From Candidatus Latescibacterota bacterium (GTDB taxonomy: Bacteria > Latescibacterota > MVCY01 > DTYK01), in contig DTYK01000300.1 of NCBI GenBank assembly GCA_012961925.1, forward strand, positions 1-37,605: a stretch of DNA of 37,605 bases, given 5' to 3'. Positions 37,505 to 37,605 of this stretch are shown here, one piece after another. The notes under the pieces are model-generated. The model did not search any database, was not told the origin of the DNA, and saw nothing but the letters and a program-made list of their open reading frames with translations. How positions within the stretch are numbered: the stretch's first letter is position 1; every line of letters begins with the position of its first letter. Made by a program: the position numbers and the translations under genes.

Positions 37505-37605
37505 GTAAGGGGCAATACGGGACTTCAGCGGAAGGGGTCAACAGGCCATATCCCCGATTGAGGCCGTAAGGCAGGATTTTGCAGATAGATAGCTATAATG
37601 TGTGA

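Overview
This is a 37.6-kb chromosomal segment from an uncultivated-looking bacterium, roughly 50% GC by eye. Most genes have clear GGAGG-type Shine-Dalgarno sites. A T9SS/FlgD-like C-terminal sorting domain and a Bat-like MoxR/DUF58/VWA module hint at an FCB-superphylum-related lineage, but that is inference only.

Layout: 23 co-directional minus-strand genes (nt 1-22599) and 12 plus-strand genes (23180-37504) diverge from a 513-bp spacer.

Minus-strand genes, in transcription order: argS, a small membrane protein, an HU-TPR fusion, holA, recJ, ilvE, proC, hisA, DAHP synthase, proB, proA, hisI, a UPF0280-like protein, eno, ftsB, a DUF502 protein, mgtE, recO, a secreted 423-aa protein, MoxR, DUF58 and a BatA_N-VWA protein that runs off the left edge and is missing from the ORF track.

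Plus-strand genes: an HExxH metalloprotease with a T9SS-like C-terminal domain, a ferredoxin-geranylgeranyl-reductase fusion, mfd, two parvulin/SurA-type PPIases, plsY, gpsA, a small MerR regulator, proS and a small zinc-ribbon protein.

I found no rRNA, tRNA, CRISPR array, transposase, integrase or phage genes. I do not see a convincing new multi-gene system; the window is mostly housekeeping.

The best candidates for something undescribed are:
1. A hairpin-dense, ORF-free block of about 220-260 nt between two divergent promoters (22784-23040), a candidate unclassified ncRNA.
2. A 285-nt mgtE leader built from four mutually exclusive pairing segments, which I cannot match to the M-box consensus.
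3. The 2x[4Fe-4S]-ferredoxin::archaeal-type GGR fusion.
4. The HU::TPR fusion, translationally coupled to holA.
5. The secreted GATase1-like protein that heads the MoxR/DUF58/VWA module.

All family assignments come from reading motifs by eye. No database search was run.
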